This document shows positions 1 to 14,500 of a DNA stretch of 64,000 nt, piece after piece. Numbering within the stretch: the first letter of the stretch is position 1; each line of letters starts with the position of its first letter. The DNA is from Magallana gigas (lineage: Eukaryota), in assembly GCF_963853765.1 (NCBI RefSeq), contig NC_088854.1:24800001-24864000 (forward strand), given 5' to 3'. A program made the translations under genes and the position numbers. A model generated the notes under the pieces. The model saw only the letters and a program-made list of their open reading frames with translations, was not told where the DNA came from and ran no database searches.

Positions 1-505
1 TATGAGCTATTAAAAAAATCTTATTTATATAAGACAATTATCTTATTTGAATTATTCATATTTTTAAAAAGGCTAACTTAAAGTTTGATACTTACTGAAG
101 GAGTTTGAATCTATCATTTGAATTATTCTTTCTCTCCCTTTAAAAAATATTTAACCACATTCTGTATGGAGTTATAATTTGTGAACAAAATATGAAAAGA
201 AAATAGAATGCATAAGAAAAGAAAATAGAATGCATTTAGAACAAAGTTACATGTAGTTATATCTAGTATACCATGACGAATTGAGTTCTAGTCCATTTCT
301 AAAGTTCTTAATATTCCCGAGAGATTCATTTATTCTTTGAACTACAATCACCAAATACCTTGTTTATCATTAACGATTTTTTAATATATCTAGTTCCGAT
401 ATATTCTCTATCTACAGATTCTAAATTAAACTGACCACTTGTTTTTCGATTCGAGTCATTAGAATCTTTTGAATTGAGTTGAAGTTTAATTTTTTTCAGT
501 GAACC

Positions 506-563
506 ATGGATACCCTCTCCCTACTTGCGCTGCTCGTAGGCTTAGCCGTCTGTTCAGTTCATT
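506..563 (+). CDS. Coding exon 1: signal peptide MDTLSLLALLVGLAVCSVH(S)
   Basis: ATG at 506, hydrophobic core, phase-1 donor T|GTAAGT at 564. The polypyrimidine+AG at 491-499 suggests a non-coding exon further upstream. Confidence 0.85.
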
Positions 564-2439
564 GTAAGTTTTCTCTTTAAAAAAAACTCGACAATAAACA
601 CTTTAGTTTTGTATTATACTTGTGAGTAAAACAATGTCTTTTGTTGCTCGCTCAGTAAAATCATATCAGGACTTTGATTAGATTTTGGGTTATATGACAC
701 ATGCACTTGTTTCTGCATTGAAAGGCATGCGAATAGTATACTAAAGGGTAGACTTTACCGCAGAGACAAACTCCTGTGTTATAAATGTATAATGTTAAAT
801 TATTTAGGTATCATAGTTATGTAATATGAAACGACTTAACATCGGGAGTTACTCTAGAACCAAATAGATTCAGGGATAACTATACTATCATTATAATTTT
901 TACTGACCAAAATTTTATTTACGGGGTTTTGATTTAGAAAACACCATAGAAAACACCATTTAGTTTTATGAACACAAGTGAAAATAATGTATTGATTAAT
1001 CTTTAAGCGAATGCTTGTGTTGCACTGCAACATCATAAAGATATCATAATATAGTTTTCAAAAAATATTTTTGATGATAAATCCATGTAACTGGTTATTG
1101 CCCTTTGAATCTGTAGCTGTAGACCCACCGGACAATATTGGAAAGGAGTATGTACTGATGTTTATGGAAAACTTCAAATTAGAGAAAAATCGAAATTTTC
1201 CCCTGGAAGTTTACATCAGTACACCCGAAAAAACGCCAGCTCGTGTGACCATTAAATCACCCATTTCTGCCAATCCCCGGGTAGACCAAACAGTAACTGT
1301 TAATCCCGGCTCGGTGCAACGAGTGAACATAAGCGAGGCTTTCCGAATGGTAGGAAGCGTCCAATCCTCGAAAGGATTGCTGATACAGTCGGACCAGGAT
1401 ATAGCGGTGTATGGTGCTAACAAAGATACGTTGTCAAATGACGTGTATTGTGCGCTACCTGTAGACACGTTAGGCACCGAGTACTACGCTGCCTGCTATG
1501 GTCCAGCTCAGATTAAAACAGAACTTGGAGTCGCGTCCACTCAGGACAGCACCTCGGTAACAGTGACCCTTCCTAGCAAAGACAAATCCCTGACGGTCGA
1601 TTTTATGGGTAAAACGTATAAAGCTGGGGAAGTAATTCATACGAAATTGGACAAATACCAGACTTTACAACTTCAGAGTAGTCAGGATTTGACTGGGGCT
1701 CACATTGTAAGTGATAAACCAGTGGCTGCATTTAGTGGTAATATCAAAACAAATATCGGCACCGGAATATACGCTGACCATTTAGTAGAACAGTTGACCC
1801 CAGTTGATACGTGGGGTAAAAAATTTGTCACCGTTCCGATTCCAAAACGAACTACCGGGGATTTCTTCCGAATCATCGCCAGCGAGGACAATACTGAAGT
1901 TACAATTTCAGGCATGACCCCAATCAAGATTCCAAAAGCCGGAGAATGGGTACAAGTATCAATACCATCAGGCGAACATAAAATGGTTACATCTACTAAA
2001 CCGGTCATGCTAATGCAATACGTATTGAGTCAACAAAACGCCACGGAGCCTGCCGACCCTTCCATGATTACTATACCACCTTACGAGCTTTTTGGGGCCA
2101 AATATACCTTTTCAACACCTCAATACTCTCGGCCTGACTATGGTGCCGGATATTCCTACGAACACGAATTTATGGTCGTTGTCAAAGACGCAGACCGGAA
2201 TACGTTGCTTTTGGATGACAAACCGTTTCCATCGAACGCACATTGGACTACAATTCCAGGAACTGATCTTGTGGGTGGTTATGTTACCATTTCTGCAGGA
2301 TCCCATACTGTACGGAACACTGATCCCACGGCGCTCATTGGTGGATTTCTATACGGACATGCCTTTCACGAGTCTTATGGATTTCCAACCGGAATGCGAT
2401 TGGCTAAAATAAATGCCGTAAGTAGCTTTTGATTTCGAT

Positions 2440-2520
<81 letters not shown>

Positions 2521-5500
2521 CAAATAGGAAATGAACACATTGTTTGATTAAATGCAATGTTTAATTCCATGTCCTTAAAATTCAAGCATTTAGTCCCAAT
2601 ATAAAATATTACCAATAACAAGGCAATATAGAGTGACTATGACATCGTTCATGTAATGAAGCACATATTTTGCGAGGTTTAAAATTAGACGGATATTTTA
2701 TTAAGTAAATTTAGAAAATGTAAATCAATATCTTAGTAAATACTGTTGAATAACAATCAATTAAAGATTTTTTTATGAATAGTTTATGTTTCTAAGAATA
2801 AGTGGATGTCGATGTCTATATTTGATGTTACAAAGGTGTTACCAAAAGCAGCGCGACTGCTGGAGATCCACTCAGAATTGTTGATTTGCGAGGCATCATT
2901 TTTTTTTTAAGAGGGAGGGGGGAGGCAATTTTTTTTTCATTTTTGACTATTTTAAATAGTAACTTTATACTTAAACAGTTTCAAACCTCTAGTCGGGACT
3001 TTATTTTTAGCAGAAGAGCCGCGTTTGTTTTGCGTTAAGTGCAATATACTTAATATTTTAACAAATTAAAATTTCAGTTTTAAACAAAAATCTTTGAGAT
3101 TTATTTTACATATGAGTAAGGTAAATAAAAATTATGATTAAGTACTACGATTCAGATTACATTGAATGAATATAATTTTCCAAACAAACTACAAATTTTA
3201 CTAACTTTTGTAAACATCAATAAATAAACAGATTTAAATTCATTCATAATTTGAAATGTGATTTATTATTTTAAGAAAAAGATGTAGATGTCACATGATT
3301 AGTTATATTAAATGTTAATCCTTGAAAAACACCGACCTTGTCTTGACCTTCCTACGGTAGTGTAAAAGCCAACTTTAATTTAATTGATACTGCCAGTAAA
3401 TGATATCAGATTTTTGACTCCGTGAACTTTTAATAAATCTTTTAAAACATCAAACATAGGAAAAGGCAAACTGCAATGACAAGTTCGCCATACGATTTAA
3501 CAATAAAAAAAACCTCAACTGTATTCTAAAAGCAAGTAATGCCAAGTATACCATCACCAGTTTTTATGAACGTTGCTGATCTATAAGACCTTCACATGGA
3601 ATTGTTTACCGCCAGACAACATATTGGTGTCTTCAACATTTCCGCGATTTTGGGATAGTATTTAGAATAAAGGCCATTGTTAAGTAACGATAAATGAACT
3701 GAAAGCTGTTTTCTAAATTAGCATTTCCTCTAAATTGAAAAACAAATAAATAGAAAAATAAATAACATTTAACATAAGTTTGACTCTAAATTATAAGATT
3801 TTTTGTTACTAAATATAAATCAGAAGCGTGCAAAGTGGGAACTGTACTTATTTGACAATTGATTGCTTAAAAGGGCTGACTTGTAAAACAAAGCTTTTCT
3901 TTTTCGCATTAATTAAGTGTAACCTACTTTCTTCTAAGTTTACTCTCTCCTGAGTATTAATGATCGAAGGTGTGAAACGTTGTAAACTGTTTTTTCTCGA
4001 TAACTAATTGCCCAAAGGAGTTGACTTTAGATAAAAGCCTTGGTAAGAACCTCGTAATTTGATAAGAACCTCGTAAGTTGTTACATGTAGAACTATTTGT
4101 ATATGTTTATGTAATAAAAAATGTTCAAACGATAGAAACCTTTCTTTAACAGCCGTGTAAGAGAACGAGCCCAATCCCCGGGGACGGGATAGATAACGAT
4201 TGTGATGGAAAGATCGACGAGGAGTTATGTACACCAAGTAACAACAAGAGAGGTAGGTCCAATCAAGGATATACGATAAGCTCTGAATCCAAGTTTCTAG
4301 CGAAAAGGTAAAATCTCAGATCTGTATAACGGATATATATACGAAAGACGAAAAGGGCCACATTAAAAAATACTTTTATCTCGTAATTACGAGAAAAGAT
4401 CTCGTTATTACGAGTTAATTATCTCGTTATTACGAGAAAAGATCTCGTTATTACGAGTTAATTATCTCGTAATAACGAGAAAAGATCTCGTAATAACGAG
4501 TAAATTATCTCGTTATTACGAGAAAAGATCTCATAATAACAAGTAAATTATCTCGTTATTACGAGAAAAGATCTCATAATAACAAGTTAATTATCTCGTT
4601 ATTACGAGAAAAGATCTATTTAAAATGGCGCGTTTCATTGTTCTATTTTCTTGTGTATGAACTACTGCAATGTCTATTATTATACACTTCCGTAGCATAA
4701 TCATCGTTTAAAAGCTAACACATAATTTGATATAAAATTGGACCAAGCAGTTTTGAAGAAATTGCAGATGAAGTAGCAAAGCAGATTGATTAATAAATTG
4801 ATTGAACTGTTTATTAATAAAAAGGATACATGTAATTTGTTTCAGACTCCAAAATGTTATTATACAAAATCAATTATTTTCAATAAACATGTAGGTTGTG
4901 TATGAACATATAAAACACAATTCGGGTAAATGCTATATATCTATGATTGAAACTATATAATCATTAAAGTCCTCTGTAACTAACAGAATTGTGTTTTTAA
5001 ACGACTACCTGGTATTTACTTCGAAGTGGGATTATAATAATAATAATATAAGTTGAAAATTCGTTCCACTTATTCATATAAGATAAAATGTCAAATCCGA
5101 TCATTTTATGTAGAAGTTTATGAATAATGTGATTTAAAATTTAATCAAAATTAAATCGACGTTTCTGGAAAGAAAAAGTTAGACTGAAAGGGTGATCCAG
5201 TCGACTAGGAGGTCTTTTCACGCTCCATTTTATATAAATCTTTTCTCGTAATAACGAGATCTTTTCTCGTAATTACAAGATAATTAACTCGTAATAACGA
5301 GATCTTTTCTCGTATACTCGTAATAACGAGATCTTTTCTCGTAATAAGAGATCCTTTCTCGTAATTACGAGATAATTAACTCGTAATTACGAAATCTTTT
5401 CTCGTAATAACGAGATCTTTTCTCGTAATTACGATTTAAAAATATTTTTTATGTGGCCCTATTCGTCTTTCGTATATATAGTATACTGTTAAGTATATTT

Positions 5501-8500
5501 AAAATATATAAGTGATAAATATAGACTCAAATGTTTAACTTATTCAAATTTTCTCTGCTGGCTTATTAGGTTACACAATCCCGTTTGTGAACTTCTCGCG
5601 CTTACAAAATATTTCCATGGTTAAGAATGAAAACTAATTAATAAAAATAATATCTGTATAAAAAAAAAACACCGAGAAAAACAGAGAAAAAAAATAAAAT
5701 TGATTTTTTTTTCCAAGATGATGATCAAGATGGTGAGACGGATGAAGACTGTGCGTTACCCCTTCCAGGTGGGAATGTATAGAATAAGAATAAATGATTC
5801 AGATTAACAGTACATGCGATTTATTTACGGTTAAGTATATTCCCATACAAAAAGAAATATCAGCAGGATGTTTTGCAATTTAGATATTTTAAAATCACAA
5901 CTTATGCAATAATATAAGTATATTGTACTTTAGTTGATGGCGGGTGGTCAAACTGGCAAAGTTGGGGTCAGTGCACAGCCTCCTGTGAAAACGGAACCAT
6001 GGCGCGCCAAAGAACATGCGACAATCCTGCACCAGCGTACGGAGGCCAAAACTGTAGTGGGTCAGGCCAAGAGACGAAGCCCTGTGACACGGGGAAAGCT
6101 TGTCCAGGTTTGATTTTTTTAGCGATAAATTTTTGGTAAATTGATTACGTTGCAGTCGGTACTTATGTTGCATTGTGTAAAAGTTCTCTATCATAAAATC
6201 GCGGACAATTATTTGATAAGGGGTTTCTATACGTCGTCGCAATCAAACGCCATTTGAAGTGAATGTTTTGTATTGTAATGTTGTTTAAGGGTACATCAGT
6301 TTCACGATTACGTGTTTCCCTTTTTACAGTGGACATCGACGCAGTGTGTAAGAAGAATAAGACTGCTATTGTTGTCAACCCTTTCAACTGTGCTCAGTAT
6401 TACGATTGCTCCAAGCAAGTCTCGGCATTTGGAAAGCCGTACCTGCAGGAATGCAAATACCCTGACCTTTTTTCGTCTGGTACCAACTCATGTGAACCGT
6501 TTACATCGGTTACTGGAAGTTGTGGCAGAAGGAAAGAAGCCCAAGCGCCATGTAAAACACTTTATCTATTCTCGTACCTTCCATCTGGAATCATTTGAAA
6601 TGCAATAATTTATATATATAGAAACATATACTGTAAACGTGGTTATATTGACGAGTTCAAAATTTGACGATTTTTTAGTAAGAGACAATTGGCGAGTTTT
6701 AATTTTGACGAATATTTGAATAAGAGTAAGAGTTATTTATCTTTGATTTCTTATAATGCCAGGGTTAGGGTTATCTTTCTTTGATTAAATTGTATGATCC
6801 CTCAGTGTTCCTGGACAATGGAACAACTAGGCGCAAGACAAGTCAACTTCGCCGGCTTGGGGGATAAGCGACAAATCACCGCTTTGTTTTGTGTGACTCT
6901 AGATGGTCACTTATTACCCCCACAACTCATATATTAGGGAACTACATCTATGTGTCATCCAAATATAAACTTACGGATGATTGGGCAATTACCCACTCAC
7001 CTAATCACTGGTCTACCGAGGAAACGATGTTAGAGTACATTGAGGGGATTATCGTCCCGTATGTTGAGGCTGTTCGCGAATACCTACCCGTGGCACAAAT
7101 AAATCAACCGGCATTAGCTATTTTCGATGTGTTTGCAGCGCATATAAGCAAAAAAGTCTTATCAGCATTGAAAAAAGCTAACATTCGATATGTGTTCGTA
7201 CCGGCGGGTTGTACTGACGAATTACAGCCGCTAGATCAAACAGTTAATAAGAAATACAAAGACCTTCTCAAAACCGAATTTCAAAACTGGTACTCTGAGA
7301 AAGTTCGCCAGAAACTAGAAAATCAAAAGCCGGGGGAAAACATCGGCTATGTTGACATAGACATGAGAACGTCGACAATTAAACCGCTTCATGCAAAATG
7401 GATGCATAAAGTTCATGATGTTATCAGCAAGGATTGCGACTTTCTTGCGAACTCTTTTACAAGCGTTGGTATTAATAAAATTAAACTTTGATTGAAAAAA
7501 AAGTCTGTACAGATTTGATGGAATAAAATTGTTCTTTGTATTTTGTTTTTATTCACTATACGATATTGCCTGAGGTAACAAAGTAGGTCAAACACGGCAT
7601 GATAATTACGCACGCAAAGTTATTATAGAATGTTGTGACGATTGAGTGATAATTGCATTTAAAACATGCTTGTTTAGATTTTATGGGTTTTTTCAATGCT
7701 AATTACGTGTTTTGTATCATTAACTTTGATCTAGTCCTAACGGGATAATGCCGATAAAAAATTCTGGTATTAATACGCTCTATATATGATGTGAAGTTTG
7801 GCGAGTGGAAATTTTGACGAGAAAACAAAAATCGCCAACATAGTCAAAATTAACACATCGTCAAAATTTCCACGTTTACAGTATTATATCTATCAGTAAT
7901 TCAATATTGCTACTGGCCATAGTTGTTTACCACTTGATAATTACCAATTAATAATATCATATTGTCTTGACCGTGTCTTTGCAGGTGATTACGTTCAAAA
8001 TAAATGTAATTCTACTGACCCAACTTGTGAACCCTGCCCAAAACGATTACCATCGTGTGTTGGACTACCTGATGGCAAACAGATATTTCCAGGAAAGCAG
8101 CTTGCTCCAGATTATATTGAATGTCAACAAAACAGGACAATGGAGGTCAAGAAATGTCATTTGCAATATTTTAATCCCCAGATGAAAGATTGCAAAAATT
8201 ATTCCCGACGTAAGTATCATTGCATTAAAATGTCAACATTTTGTTTATTAACGTTTTGTCAGCATTTTGATTTTTAAAAGAGTCCCCGGCGTCGTTTAGA
8301 TTGTCGTTGTCAGCAGCGTTAGTTTTTCAATTTTTATATATATTCTTTCCTAGAACCACTCAGCCAGATTCAACCATAGTATTTACATGTAGGAGGTTGT
8401 TAAAAAGAGAAAAAACGATTATTTTTGAAAATCGCACTTATAAAAAAACTACAAATATATTGTAATTTTGAAGAATTTTTTTCTAAAGAACACACGAACC

Positions 8501-11500
8501 AAACTTTTAACGTTTCAAACAAATATTTTTTAAAATAAAGAATAATTTAAAGTCTACTTAAACTGAACCTCATTGACCATTAAAAAAGAGATTGGAGCAA
8601 ATGAAAAAATGCAAATTTCTACACAATAATGTAAAGAGGGAAATTCTACATAGGAAAATGTAGGGGAAATATACAAGCACCCCTCTCATGCAAGCAGCAT
8701 ATTGTTTTAAATCAGATACAAATATTTGATCCCGGTTGTGGTGGCATTAAAAGTTTAGAGATATACACTTACGTTTTTAGGTGATACAAAAAGGAAATTC
8801 TACCTCAGACTAGTAGTGTGACAGACTGGCCTCTGGATTTTTTTGCGTTGATTTTAGTTTGCTTAATCTATGTTTTCTTTGTTTGATAGCTGTTTTAAAC
8901 TTTCTGTGCTCAAAAAACCAGTCGGCTGCCATTCCGGATCCTGCAAATTGTGCCAAATATTATGACTGCTCTAAACTGTTCACGTCGACGACTCTTCAAG
9001 ATATGACAACGGAATGCAAATACCCGGATCTATTCTCTGTAAAAGATGGCAAGTGCCAGGACTTCAAAAGTGTTAATTGCACCACAAGAAAAGAACCAAT
9101 GGCACCATGTATGTTATTCTTTTCTGTATTCTCATTGAAAATCACGAAACAAATGGTTGAATCCTCCAATTCGTTATGAACTTATATCATTTTGTTTAAT
9201 TAATTAAGCGATACTGTAACATATGGTTATTTATTCATACAAACGAATATATTTGCTTGCCATTTCAAGACCAACATACGAAAAAGTTACGAAAACGTTT
9301 AAATAATGAACAACCTGAGCCTATTTATTTTTCTCTCGATTTTTCAGTTGTTATAGCCAGTTTTTATTTTCGTTCAACTTTAAAAGAAAAAAAAATGAAT
9401 TCCCTAAAGTTCAAACACCAAGTCGCAAGAGGAAAACATTTTAGTAAAAACCTTATCATTATGTCACATGCAATACTAGTACTAGTATGTACCATAATGC
9501 AATAAAGAATAAATCCGCTCTCCCCTGTCACAACATTTGCTGAAATTAAAAGAATGTGTTTTTTCGAGTCCTTTGTGCGATTTAAAAAGTTTCCAAAAGT
9601 AAATGATAACGATATTATTTGTATGTTTGCAACGTGAAAGTAAACGAAAATTGTATCATTGCAAAAATAATTGGATGGCTATGGTATGAATAATAATATA
9701 CACATTCTTCGAATTTTAAACAAAAAAACCCCAACCTTTTCTTTTATGTGCTTCTATCAGCAGTTGTCACCACACGTATTTTCTGTTACATGTATGATAG
9801 CAATATATACAATTTGCCCTTATAGATATAACACAATTAAGTTTAAAACATAATTTAAAAATAATTCATTTCAGGCGAATATGAGCAGAATCTGTGTCCA
9901 GCCAACAACCCGTCCTGCGCTCCCTGTCCTAAACGTCTGCCGTCTTGCATTACTTTGCCTGATAATCAGGAGGCGTTTCCAGGAAAATTATGGCAAGCAG
10001 ATTACATTGTGTGCGACACCAATAGAACCATGAATATAACTACGTGTCCTCAAGGAGAATATTTCAATCCCAGACTAAAGAAATGCATGAAATCTGTTCC
10101 CCCAGGTAAACCAGCTATCTGTTGATTTACGTGTCACTCTTTCTACTAAAGATTCGGCGGATTGAAATAAATTCATTTGAAAATGAGACTCAAATATGGA
10201 AACCGCAATAATCAAAGAATTTCCAATTTTACTTTTCAGTGGACGTTCCGGACTACTGCTCAGCTCATCCCAAAGCGCTGCTACCAAAAGAGGACAACTG
10301 CGGCCAATACATCAATTGTTCAGATCCAGGATTTGATGGGAATCACACCATGGAGTGTCAGTATCCTGATCTTTTCTCTGTGACCACCATGTCGTGCCAA
10401 TGGTTCGAGAATGTGACCTGTGATAGTCGTATGGAGCCACAAGCACCTTGTGAGTAGTTTGTTCGATCATTTTGCTTTGGAAGAAGTATCATTATAATTA
10501 AATGAGTCTATAAAAGTCCCATTTTCCTCGTTTGTCCCTGATAGGCGAGTACCATCAAAACCAATGTGCACCGACAAACAAGAGTTGCATCCCTTGCAAA
10601 AAGAGACTCCCAAGTTGTGTGACATTATCTGATGGAAAGAATGCCATTGATTGGTTGCTCTGGAAACCTGATTATGCCGAATGTTACAAGAACAGGACCA
10701 TGAAAATGGAGAAATGTCCCACTCGCTTCTTTGATCCAGTTCAGAGAAAATGTACCGACAAGGCCAACCCAGGTGAGTGTCGCATTTTGATCTGTGTGTG
10801 ACACACAGCTGTGTTGATTACACCACATGTTTGAAAAGTTGAAATCACTTTCTGTGTTTGTTTATTAATATCATTTTATTTATCTTTAGGCGATATTGAC
10901 GAAATCTGCAAACAGAACCCCAAAGCCATTTTGCGGAAGAAAGATAACTGTGCTCAGTATTACAACTGTTCCGTATCTAACTCCTCCTATGGAGGTCACT
11001 TGCAGGAATGTAAATATCCGGATCTGTTCTCCACCGTCAGTATGGAATGTGAAAATTTCAAGACTGTAACTTGTGACAACAGAACAGAACCCCAGGCTCC
11101 ATGTGAGTTTTGAAGGATATGAGGACAAGTATTTGAATGATTTTCTAACTAATTATGACGTTCCGTCAAAATGTGGTAATGTGTTTTGTATTTACAAATG
11201 ATTATGTATAATTCAGGTGAATATGTTCAGAATATGTGTCCAGCCAACAACCCGTCCTGCGCTCCCTGTCCTAAACGTCTGCCGTCTTGCATTACTTTGC
11301 CTGATAATCAGGAGGCGTTTCCAGGAAAATTATGGCAAGCAGATTACATTGTGTGCGACACCAATAGAACCATGAATATAACTACGTGTCCTCAAGGAGA
11401 ATATTTCAATCCCAGACTAAAGAAATGCATGAAATCTGTTCCCCCAGGTAAACCAGCTATCTGTTGATTTACGTGTCACTCTTTCTACTAAAGATTCGGC

Positions 11501-14500
11501 GGATTGAAATAAATTCATTTGAAAATGAGACTCAAATATGGAAACCGCAATAATCAAAGAATTTCCAATTTTACTTTTCAGTGGACGTTCCGGACTACTG
11601 CTCAGCTCATCCCAAAGCGCTGCTACCAAAAGAGGACAACTGCGGCCAATACATCAATTGTTCAGATCCAGGATTTGATGGGAATCACACCATGGAGTGT
11701 CAGTATCCTGATCTTTTCTCTGTGACCACCATGTCGTGCCAATGGTTCGAGAATGTGACCTGTGATAGTCGTATGGAGCCACAAGCACCTTGTGAGTAGT
11801 TTGTTCGATCATTTTGCTTTGGAAGAAGTATCATTATAATTAAATGAGTCTATAAAAGTCCTATTTTCCTCATTTGTCCCTGATAGGCGAGTACCATCAA
11901 AACCAATGTGCACCGACAAACAAGAGTTGCATCCCTTGCAAAAAGAGACTCCCAAGTTGTGTGACATTATCTGATGGAAAGAATGCCATTGATTGGTTGC
12001 TCTGGAAACCTGATTATGCCGAATGTTACAAGAATAGGACCATGAAAATGGAGAAATGTCCCACTCGCTTCTTTGATCCAGTTCAGAGAAAATGTACCGA
12101 CAAGGCCAACCCAGGTGAGTGTCGCATTTTGATCTGTGTGTGACACACAGCTGTGTTGATTACACCACATGTTTAAAAAGTTGAAATCACTTTCTGTGTT
12201 TGTTTATTAATATCATTTTATTTATCTTTAGGCGATATTGACGAAATCTGCAAACAGAACCCCAAAGCCATTTTGCGGAAGAAAGATAACTGTGCTCAGT
12301 ATTACAACTGTTCCGTATCTAACTCCTCCTATGGAGGTCACTTGCAGGAATGTAAATATCCGGATCTGTTCTCCACTGTCAGTATGGAATGTGAAAATTT
12401 CAAGACTGTAACTTGTGACAACAGAACAGAACCCCAGGCTCCATGTGAGTTTTGAAGGATATGAGGACAAGTATTTGAATGATTTTCTAACTAATTATTA
12501 CGTTCCGTCAAAATGTGGTAATGTGTTTTGTATTTACAAATGAGTATGTATAATTCAGGTGAATATGTTCAGAATCTGTGTCCAGCCAACAACCCGTCCT
12601 GCACTCCCTGTCCTAAACGTCTGCCTTCTTGCATTACTTTGCCTGATAATCAGGAGGCGTTTCCAGGAAAATTATGGCAAGCAGATTACATTGTGTGCGA
12701 CACCAATAGAACCATGAACATAACTACGTGTCCTCAAGGAGAATATTTCAATCCCAGACTAAAGAAATGCATGAAATCTGTTCCCCCAGGTAAACCAGCT
12801 ATCTGTTGATTTACGTGTCACTCTTTCTACTAAAGATTCGGCGGATTGAAATAAATTCATTTGAAAATGAGACTCAAATATGGAAACCGCAATAATCAAA
12901 GAATTTCCAATTTTACTTTTCAGTGGACGTTCCGGACTACTGCTCAGCTCATCCCAAAGCGCTGCTACCAAAAGAGGACAACTGCGGCCAATACATCAAT
13001 TGTTCAGATCCAGGATTTGATGGGAATCACACCATGGAGTGTCAGTATCCTGATCTTTTCTCTGTGACCACCATGTCGTGCCAATGGTTCGAGAATGTGA
13101 CCTGTGATAGTCGTATGGAGCCACAAGCACCTTGTGAGTAGTTTGTTCGATCATTTTGCTTTGGAAGAAGTATCATTATAATTAAATGAGTCTATAAAAG
13201 TCCTATTTTCCTCATTTGTCCCTGATAGGCGAGTACCATCAAAACCAATGTGCACCGACAAACAAGAGTTGCATCCCTTGCAAAAAGAGACTCCCAAGTT
13301 GTGTGACATTATCTGATGGAAAGAATGCCATTGATTGGTTGCTCTGGAAACCTGATTATGCCGAATGTTACAAGAATAGGACCATGAAAATGGAGAAATG
13401 TCCCACTCGCTTCTTTGATCCAGTTCAGAGAAAATGTACCGACAAGGCCAACCCAGGTGAGTGTCGCATTTTGATCTGTGTGTGACACACAGCTGTGTTG
13501 ATTACACCACATGTTTAAAAAGTTGAAATCACTTTCTGTGTTTGTTTATTAATATCATTTTATTTATCTTTAGGCGATATTGACGAAATCTGCAAACAGA
13601 ACCCCAAAGCCATTATGCGGAAGAAAGATAACTGTGCTCAGTATTACAACTGTTCCGTATCTAACTCCTCCTATGGAGGTCACTTGCAGGAATGTAAATA
13701 TCCGGATCTGTTCTCCACTGTCAGTATGGAATGTGAAAATTTCAAGACTGTAACTTGTGACAACAGAACAGAACCCCAGGCTCCATGTGAGTTTTGAAGG
13801 ATATGAGGACAAGTATTTGAATGATTTTCTAACTAATTATGACGTTCCGTCAAAATGTGGTAATGTGTTTTGTATTTACAAATGAGTATGTATAATTCAG
13901 GTGAATATGTTCAGAATCTGTGTCCAGCCAACAACCCGTCCTGCACTCCCTGTCCTAAGCGTCTGCCTTCTTGCATTACTTTGCCTGATAATCAGGAGGC
14001 GTTTCCAGGAAAATTATGGCAAGCAGATTACATTGTGTGCGACACCAATAGAACCATGAACATAACTACGTGTCCTCAAGGAGAATATTTCAATCCCAGA
14101 CTAAAGAAATGCATGAAATCTGTTCCCCCAGGTAAACCAGCTATCTGTTGATTTACGTGTCACTCTTTCTACTAAAGATTCGGCGGATTGAAATAAATTC
14201 ATTTGAAAATGAGACTCAAATATGGAAACCGCAATAATCAAAGAATTTCCAATTTTACTTTTCAGTGGACGTTCCGGACTACTGCTCAGCTCATCCCAAA
14301 GCGCTGCTACCAAAAGAGGACAACTGCGGCCAATACATCAATTGTTCAGATCCAGGATTTGATGGGAATCACACCATGGAGTGTCAGTATCCTGATCTTT
14401 TCTCTGTGACCACCATGTCGTGCCAATGGTTCGAGAATGTGACCTGTGATAGTCGTATGGAGCCACAAGCACCTTGTGAGTAGTTTGTTCGATCATTTTG

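Noticed and set aside
1117-2417. Calling the gene FCGBP
   Set aside because: Only the N-terminal domain is shared; I found no VWD/C8/TIL repeats or GDPH motif, so no symbol was assigned.
2349-2621. Minus-strand ORF with (RE)n tract
   Set aside because: It is the translation of the (TC)n microsatellite plus the antisense of exon 2.
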